A stretch of DNA of 26,338 bases from Planctomycetota bacterium (GTDB lineage Bacteria; Planctomycetota; UBA8108; UBA1146). Below the pieces are notes generated by a model. It did no database searches, was not told the DNA's origin, and saw only the letters and a list, made by a program, of their open reading frames with translations. Where the stretch lies: the NCBI GenBank assembly GCA_036338595.1, contig JAYZBV010000040.1, positions 1 through 26,338 on the forward strand, in the 5' to 3' direction. Positions 17,435 through 23,810 of the stretch are shown here, piece by piece. A program made the translations under genes and the position numbers. Every line of letters starts with the position of its first letter. Position 1 is the stretch's first letter.

Positions 17435-20400
17435 ATGTCGATGTTCACCCGACTTGCTGCTGTCATTTTCACCTTCATGCTCTTCTACATCTCGATGTTG
17501 CTCTTTCAAGAGACGCTTCCGCTTCCGGAAGAACTTTCACTCCTATCCGCAGACTTTTTCTCCCTGATGGCACGATTCGTGGGGGCCTGCCTCGTGGCGA
17601 CCGTTGGCCTTGGAATCCTGATGGAAGTGGGTGTCATCCCGGACTGGGGGAATCTGCGGCAGCGAACGGGTGGAGGAGCCACACTGCCAGGGGATATGGC
17701 TGAAGGTCATGGAGAAGATGAGCATTCGGGTCACGGTGGAGATCCTGGAGAGATGATGGTGCTTCACGGGGTTGCTGTTCCGAAGGAAGTGCTGGATCAG
17801 TTACAGGATGAGGAAATGTCCGACGAGACCCTGATCTCCATCGCCAACAACTTTGATGATTATGAACCGTCGGTGAGCGCTTTGATCATCCTGAGTGATC
17901 GACAACGCGGTTCTGCGGAACTCGATGGTCTAGTGATCACGCAGAATACGCCTCCGGCATGGGATCGGCTGGCAGCGAGAGCCCTGATGAGGCGAGATCC
18001 TCGGTTCACCCTCAGTGAGTGCCTGATCAAGTTTCCATGGTCAACCGATGAGGAGATGCAGAAGGTCATCTCGGAACATCTTGAGATCGTGGTTCATCGG
18101 AGCACCCCCGATGAGGATGCTGATCGAGTTGCTCAATGGATCAGTACGTGGCAGGGCCAGGTCGAACCGGGTCTCGACCTGATGCGCCGTTTCCTGCACG
18201 AAGAGTTCATGGAGATTCTCAGCGAAAAACTGAAAGCAAAAAAAAGTGCATTGACGATCGACTCTGTGGCCAGTCTCTGGAGCGAAGAAGAGATCGAAAG
18301 AAACAAGCAGGAGTGTGTCGAACTTCCTGGAGCAGAGAAGTATCGGACCAGCATCCTGAAGCGACTCGAAACCGCTGAGCCGCGATCGATGTTGCTTGTC
18401 GGTGCCAGTGGTGTTGGAAAAGAAACGCTGATCCGCATGGTGCTGTCGGATCTTGCAGCTGACGGCTGGTCGATCGTGGAAGCATCCGCACAGGATCTGG
18501 TAGCCGGAATGATGTATATCGGCCAGATGGAGGAGCGCTGGAAAGAACTGGTAGGGCAGCTTTCTGCTCCACGAACAGTTCTCTTCATCCCCGATTTCAG
18601 CGAGATGGAATCTGCCGGTCGTCACATGAACAATCCGGTCAGCCTGCTCGACAGGATGATCATAGAAATTCGCCGAAACAGATTGGTAACCGTCGGGCTG
18701 GTCGACGGTTCAGATGTCGAGTCGTTATTGCGGAAAAACCGCTCGATAAGAAAGGTCTTCGATCTGGTCGAGGTGGAGTCGCCCGGTGAGGACGCCACTG
18801 TGGCGGGGCTTCAACTGTGGTTGCAACATGAATCGATCATCAAGGAGTCCGCTGAGCCGATCTCCATCACAGAGGAAGTTCTCAGGAAAATCGTCACGCT
18901 GTCGCAACAGTATCTGACGGCTCAGGATGCCTTCGGATCTTCCTTTGATCTGCTCAAATCGATCCTTGATCGGAAGCGCCAGGCCGGTGAGAGCGAAATC
19001 ACCTATCAGGATGCAGTATTCGCAATCACCGAGCGTTCAGGGATGCCGCGCGTGATCGTCGACGATGAAGAGTCCCTGGATCCGCAAGAAGTGCAGAGAT
19101 TTTTCGGTAAGCGAATCATCGGTCAAGAAGAGGCGATCCAGTGCATGGCTGATCGAATCACACTGATGAAGGCGGGCCTTACCGATGCGGGTAGGCCGCT
19201 TGGCGTCTTCTTCTTCGCAGGTCCGACGGGAACCGGAAAAACAGAAAGCGCCAAGGTACTCGCCGAATATTTGTTTGGCTCGAAGGAGCGACTCGAACGC
19301 CTCGACATGAGCGAGTTGCAGACGGCTTCGGACCTGGGACGTCTGGTTGGATTTCCGGATGGCGGATCGGGCGCATCCCACCGGAGTCTACTCGATGCGA
19401 TCCGACGCCAACCGTTCTGCGTTGTTTTGCTCGACGAGTTCGAGAAGGCGCATCCCAATGTGTGGGACATGTTCTTGCAGGCGTTCGACGATGCTCGGAT
19501 GACTGACACGCGCGGCCAGACCGTGAACCTTCGCCATGTAGTATTCATCCTGACGAGCAATGTTGGTGCGCGAGAAGCTGCACAGGGGGCATTTGGATTC
19601 AATCCAGAGTCAGGCAAAGAAAATATCTACGAAAGAGCTCTCCGTGAGACCTTCAGACCGGAGTTCCTCAATCGAATAGATCAGGTCGTGACATTCCGCC
19701 CCTTCTCAAGAACCGAGCAGAGAGCGCTGCTCGAGATGGAACTCAAGCGGGTCCTTTCTCGAAGAGGCCTGAAGGACCGACCATGGGCCGTGGAATGGGA
19801 AGAGTCTGCCATCGATTTTCTGTTGTCTCATGGCCTGACTTCGCAACTGGGTGCACGGCCACTGCGGCGAGCGGTAGAGAAATTCGCACTGACTCCGATC
19901 GCACAGGAGATGCTCATTCACGACATTCCGAAAGGAGATCAGTTCCTGTTCGTTCGTAGCGATGGGAAGAAGATCGAGGTCGATTTCGTGGATCCTGACG
20001 CGGCGACACAGGAGGCTGAGGAAGCTGAACTACCACCGGTCGAGATCTCAGGTGCGGATCTTCGCAGCGGATCGGAAGCGGTGGCGAGAGTTGCGCTGAG
20101 AGGTTCAGGCAGGCTCGAAGAAGTGATGATACTCGCTGACAGAGTTGAGGTACTCGAGGTCAGAATTGACTCGGAAGAATGGGACGAAGCAAGAAATGGA
20201 GACATGGAACAGATGACCGAGGCTGGTTTCTGGGATTCTCAGGATCGGCTTCCTGTGCTGGCATCGGCGGAACTGCGTGACAGGATCGAATCGGGAACAC
20301 GGACTGCCAGGTCGCTCCTTGATCGACTCGGAGGCGATGCGGAAAATTCTCGTGATCGTTATCCATCCGAGGTCATCCGCCGCCTCGCCATGCAGATTCA

Positions 20401-20965
20401 CTTGCTCGAAAATGCTCTTCAGGTTCTCGATGAGAAATTGCCTCAGGATGCCTTCATCCGGATCACTCCAGTGAAACGAGACAAGGAATCCACAGAAGAT
20501 GGTGCACAGTGGGCCAAGCAGGTGACGGAGATGGTCACGACATGGGCTACCAAGCGAAACATGAACCTCCAGGAGTGTGAGAATTCAAACGGGGTCCATC
20601 AGCCTGAAGGGGCCTGGGTAGCAGCCGTGAACGGATTTGCCGCCTATTCCTTGCTCGAACCACTCGCAGGTATCCACGAACTGGAGCGCCCCGAGGCGAG
20701 TCGCAATGACCGTCGCCTTCATGTCCGAATCGAAGTCGTTCCCAGACCCCTCGGAATCGCACCCAGTGGCGATGCCGGACTCGCGACTCAAGCGAGAGAA
20801 GTATTGACTGCTGGTTCCAGCATCGATGAGGTAGTGCGCAGGTATCGGGTTGGAGATAATCCGAAGCTGGTCGATCTTCGCCAGGGATGGCGTTGTGCTT
20901 CACCCGGTGATGCTCTGGCTGGAGACTTCGATCTGGTTGGAAGTTTGGCTGCCTTGACCCGGTGA
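17435..20965 (+). CDS. ClpA/ClpB-like tandem AAA+ ATPase with two N-terminal TM segments and a C-terminal release-factor (RF2/PCRF)-like domain lacking GGQ
   Basis: D1 Walker A GASGVGKE and LVAGMMYIGQMEER; D2 IIGQEEA, GPTGTGKTE, RLDMSE, VVLLDEFEKAHP, ILTSN, FRPEFLNRID, GARPLRR; C-terminus QMTEAGFWD..WAKQVTEMVTTWA..GFAAYSLLEPLAGIHELER..VVRRY..DLRQG..LAGDFD. Confidence 0.85.
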   Translation: MSMFTRLAAVIFTFMLFYISMLLFQETLPLPEELSLLSADFFSLMARFVGACLVATVGLGILMEVGVIPDWGNLRQRTGGGATLPGDMAEGHGEDEHSGHGGDPGEMMVLHGVAVPKEVLDQLQDEEMSDETLISIANNFDDYEPSVSALIILSDRQRGSAELDGLVITQNTPPAWDRLAARALMRRDPRFTLSECLIKFPWSTDEEMQKVISEHLEIVVHRSTPDEDADRVAQWISTWQGQVEPGLDLMRRFLHEEFMEILSEKLKAKKSALTIDSVASLWSEEEIERNKQECVELPGAEKYRTSILKRLETAEPRSMLLVGASGVGKETLIRMVLSDLAADGWSIVEASAQDLVAGMMYIGQMEERWKELVGQLSAPRTVLFIPDFSEMESAGRHMNNPVSLLDRMIIEIRRNRLVTVGLVDGSDVESLLRKNRSIRKVFDLVEVESPGEDATVAGLQLWLQHESIIKESAEPISITEEVLRKIVTLSQQYLTAQDAFGSSFDLLKSILDRKRQAGESEITYQDAVFAITERSGMPRVIVDDEESLDPQEVQRFFGKRIIGQEEAIQCMADRITLMKAGLTDAGRPLGVFFFAGPTGTGKTESAKVLAEYLFGSKERLERLDMSELQTASDLGRLVGFPDGGSGASHRSLLDAIRRQPFCVVLLDEFEKAHPNVWDMFLQAFDDARMTDTRGQTVNLRHVVFILTSNVGAREAAQGAFGFNPESGKENIYERALRETFRPEFLNRIDQVVTFRPFSRTEQRALLEMELKRVLSRRGLKDRPWAVEWEESAIDFLLSHGLTSQLGARPLRRAVEKFALTPIAQEMLIHDIPKGDQFLFVRSDGKKIEVDFVDPDAATQEAEEAELPPVEISGADLRSGSEAVARVALRGSGRLEEVMILADRVEVLEVRIDSEEWDEARNGDMEQMTEAGFWDSQDRLPVLASAELRDRIESGTRTARSLLDRLGGDAENSRDRYPSEVIRRLAMQIHLLENALQVLDEKLPQDAFIRITPVKRDKESTEDGAQWAKQVTEMVTTWATKRNMNLQECENSNGVHQPEGAWVAAVNGFAAYSLLEPLAGIHELERPEASRNDRRLHVRIEVVPRPLGIAPSGDAGLATQAREVLTAGSSIDEVVRRYRVGDNPKLVDLRQGWRCASPGDALAGDFDLVGSLAALTR

Positions 20966-20989
20966 TGAATGCCAGATCGTCCGACCCCG

Positions 20990-22306
20990 CTAGCGATTCG
21001 GACGCTGACCGATCGGTTTATTCTTGGCAGGTTGCGGGGTAAGAATTCCGGTGACTGAGTTTTCTGATCCCAGGTATTTTTCTCTCAGCTGTTTCAACTG
21101 TGCATCGGAATGACGCCCAAAATTATTCCTGAGTTCATCTTCGTTCATGTTGAAGACACGCCTGAGCATCAGAGAAACTGCTGCCGGATGGGGGTCGCGC
21201 ATCGATGTTGCCTCGTGTACTCGATAGGCACCGAGTAGAATTCCGATACCACTTTTAGCCTGCACTAACTGCTCTCCGGAGACGGGCGTTTCGAGAGCAT
21301 AAGCAAACGCACCATCCATCTGATGCAGTGCTCGGGTTGTGCGTTGCTCAAGAGGTGCTGTACTGGCAGCTACTGGCTGCTTCAGGATGACCACCTCTGG
21401 ATCGAGGATCGGATCCCAGTAACAACTGCCCCCCTCCACTTCCAGGACTCGATTTGCCCGCGGAATGAAGAGACCCAGAGCCAGCGCATCGATCGATCCT
21501 GGCGCGGGAACACGCCACCCACGAGCAACCATCCCGGTATCCGGAATCGAGGAGGCTGCCGCTTTGATTTCTCCTGGATCTGGAACTGCCCTCGGAGGAG
21601 CGTCCAGTGCTCGACCGGGAGAGAGGGTTGCGAAGGTCTGCTCGATCAGTGTGATCACAGGAGCAGGATCGAAGGGTCCTGCGATGACAATCCGCACGGT
21701 TCCAGGGTGATAGGTCCGGGCAAGAAATTTGCCTACATCGTGACCCTGGATGAGATCGAAATCAGCAGCTCCACGAGGTCCGGCGGCGAGCGGATCGAGC
21801 CGATCGAGAATCAAGTTGGTGAGACGTTGCGAATCGTTTGAATGTAATCGGGATAACTGCTCAACGATTCTTTCTCGGCTCATCTGAAGATGTTTTTCAT
21901 CCACATCTCGATCACCGAAAATAAGGGCCATCGCTTCGAGACTATCGATCAACCGAGAGGGGTGTATTTTTTCGGTGATCCAGGTGTGTTTGCTTCCCGC
22001 TCTGATCTCCCGCCTGACTCCGTTTGCAGATTCTCCACTGCTGGCTAACCATTGTGCAGACAAATGGGTTCGTCCCGCGAGACTGGCGCGATCGTGGTGG
22101 GCGCCCACATTCCATGTCGTGACGATGGTGACTTCCTGCATCGAGGGAGCGATCAGAGATGGTATCGGAAGGACGGCCACCTCGAGGCCGTTATCGAGCG
22201 TGTACCAGACCTGCCGAAGGGTTTCCTTCGGTGGCGTCTGAGATGCCTGTTCGCCATCCGCTGACAACATGAACGGCAGTAGCCAGGCGAGGAGGATGGT
22301 TGTCAT
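20990..22306 (-). CDS. Secreted M16 (insulinase)-family peptidase-like protein, probably catalytically inactive
   Basis: YTLDNGLEVAV, WNVGAHHD, FLARTYHPGTVRIVIAGPFDP, GWRVP; the HxxEH site reads GRTHLSAQW; probable start MTTILLAWLLP at 22306. Confidence 0.7.
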   Translation of the reverse strand: MTTILLAWLLPFMLSADGEQASQTPPKETLRQVWYTLDNGLEVAVLPIPSLIAPSMQEVTIVTTWNVGAHHDRASLAGRTHLSAQWLASSGESANGVRREIRAGSKHTWITEKIHPSRLIDSLEAMALIFGDRDVDEKHLQMSRERIVEQLSRLHSNDSQRLTNLILDRLDPLAAGPRGAADFDLIQGHDVGKFLARTYHPGTVRIVIAGPFDPAPVITLIEQTFATLSPGRALDAPPRAVPDPGEIKAAASSIPDTGMVARGWRVPAPGSIDALALGLFIPRANRVLEVEGGSCYWDPILDPEVVILKQPVAASTAPLEQRTTRALHQMDGAFAYALETPVSGEQLVQAKSGIGILLGAYRVHEATSMRDPHPAAVSLMLRRVFNMNEDELRNNFGRHSDAQLKQLREKYLGSENSVTGILTPQPAKNKPIGQRPNR

Positions 22307-22378
22307 GCAGAAGGTCCCTTCGGATGGACATCTGACGGAACAGACGCTCACAGATCAACCGTTTGCTGCCCACTTCAT

Positions 22379-23638
22379 CTATCGTCCTCGCTGGTGTCGA
22401 AGTTGAGTGATGATCGCAGCAGGACGGTGTTCCCGGGGGAGAACGACTGGAACTGCCGGATCGTTCCTTCGCAGGATCATCAACGCCTGCTGAACCGGAG
22501 TGAAATTGGATCCCATGAATGTCGCAGGGGCATTGTCTCGCAGCCGTGCATCGAGGCGCTTTGCGAGCAGTCGAAGCAAGGCGATGGATACCATCTCCCC
22601 TGGATTTATCGGCTCGCTCCACACCTCGACGCGAGGTTCGAGTGGTCCCACCGCAGCGAGTGGACTCGCCGCATCCGCGATCCAGCCAGCCACGATTCGC
22701 TCCGGTTCTGCGGGGAGATCTTCGATACCAATCGTCGGAGGAGAAACGATGGTTCGACACGGCCTGAGATCATCCTCTTGGTCGATCGCTGCTGGCATGA
22801 AAAGGATCGGGGAGGAGCGCAGTGTGCTGTTGATCTCCCTGCTGAGTGTCGCTCTGACCGCTGCATGATTCAGATTTTCAGAGCATTCAAATATCAGCAC
22901 TGTAGATCCGGCATGAATGTGTTTTTTGCGCCACTGATCGACGGTGTCTGTTCGCAGTTGAGCTGCCCTTCGAGGGCAACCGCTTCGGCGTGTTCCCCGC
23001 GGCAGTGGATCGATCGCTTCCACCATCCGGTGAATGATTCTCTGATGAGGCCGACAGCAGCATCGAGAGATACATGCGCATGGTCTGTGCTTGTCGACAG
23101 AGAGTTCGGCAAGTCCATCGATGGCACGACGGGTCTCGATCGGTGCTTGCGTGCCGTCGAGCAGTCTGCGAATTCGATCGAGCAGCCTGGGCAAGTCGGA
23201 GTCGAGATGGTGAATCCAGATGACTCCATCATTGGAGCCGATTTCTGGCCACGCATGGATACTCCCGAGACGAGGATCTGAATCGGAGAGAAGGTGGCAA
23301 CTGGCCAGCAGTGCGGCGCGAGCGGCAGATCCGCCGTACTCGGTGTCGAAGCGCACACCACACCGAGCTGCCAGGATCGAGGTACAGTGTCGTGAAGGGG
23401 CCTGACGCAGGCGAATCCGGGGCCCCATCCGATCATCAGCATCCAGGCCACTGTCGATCGGCGGAGCATCCATGAGATCGCCTGGATGATGTCCTTCGGC
23501 GTTGGGTCCTGTATTCCCGGTAGCCGGGCCGGTCCGGGCCGAGATGTCAGGATCGGGCGAGATCAGCAGTACCAGTGCCATCGTCAGGAGCGGGTACCTG
23601 CAACTGGGCACTGCAGAAGGGGTCATTCGGGCTCGCAT
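22379..23638 (-). CDS. Hypothetical exported protein, possibly a highly diverged M16-like partner subunit
   Basis: ATG at 23638 with AAGGGGAG SD; hydrophobic LLTMALVLLISP; TVDQWRKKHIHAGSTVLIFEC weakly resembles the M16 'F...Y.P.N.VLVV.G' segment; no HxxEH. Confidence 0.55.
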   Translation of the reverse strand: MRARMTPSAVPSCRYPLLTMALVLLISPDPDISARTGPATGNTGPNAEGHHPGDLMDAPPIDSGLDADDRMGPRIRLRQAPSRHCTSILAARCGVRFDTEYGGSAARAALLASCHLLSDSDPRLGSIHAWPEIGSNDGVIWIHHLDSDLPRLLDRIRRLLDGTQAPIETRRAIDGLAELSVDKHRPCACISRCCCRPHQRIIHRMVEAIDPLPRGTRRSGCPRRAAQLRTDTVDQWRKKHIHAGSTVLIFECSENLNHAAVRATLSREINSTLRSSPILFMPAAIDQEDDLRPCRTIVSPPTIGIEDLPAEPERIVAGWIADAASPLAAVGPLEPRVEVWSEPINPGEMVSIALLRLLAKRLDARLRDNAPATFMGSNFTPVQQALMILRRNDPAVPVVLPREHRPAAIITQLRHQRGR

Positions 23639-23810
23639 CTGGGCTCCCCTTTCCATCGGTTGAAGTGCGGAGAGTGGGACTACCGCAACGGGAATGTCAG
23701 CGCCAGTTCCCGGGATCGGCGACCGACCCCCTTCGGTCGCCTCGTTGACTCCCTCTCTCCTCTCGTTGACGATCATATCCGTGGCCCATCGGCCGCCGGG
23801 AGGAGTGAAG

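Noticed and set aside
18238..18245. A8 run in the ATPase gene as a programmed frameshift site (RF2 genes use frameshifting)
   Set aside because: The ORF is continuous, no RF2-type CTT-TGA site was seen, and the run simply encodes Ala-Lys-Lys-Ser
22394..23281. 295-aa plus-strand ORF and other overlapping ORFs across 21300-23900
   Set aside because: No recognisable motifs; the minus-strand frames have SD sites, signal-like N-termini and M16-like features
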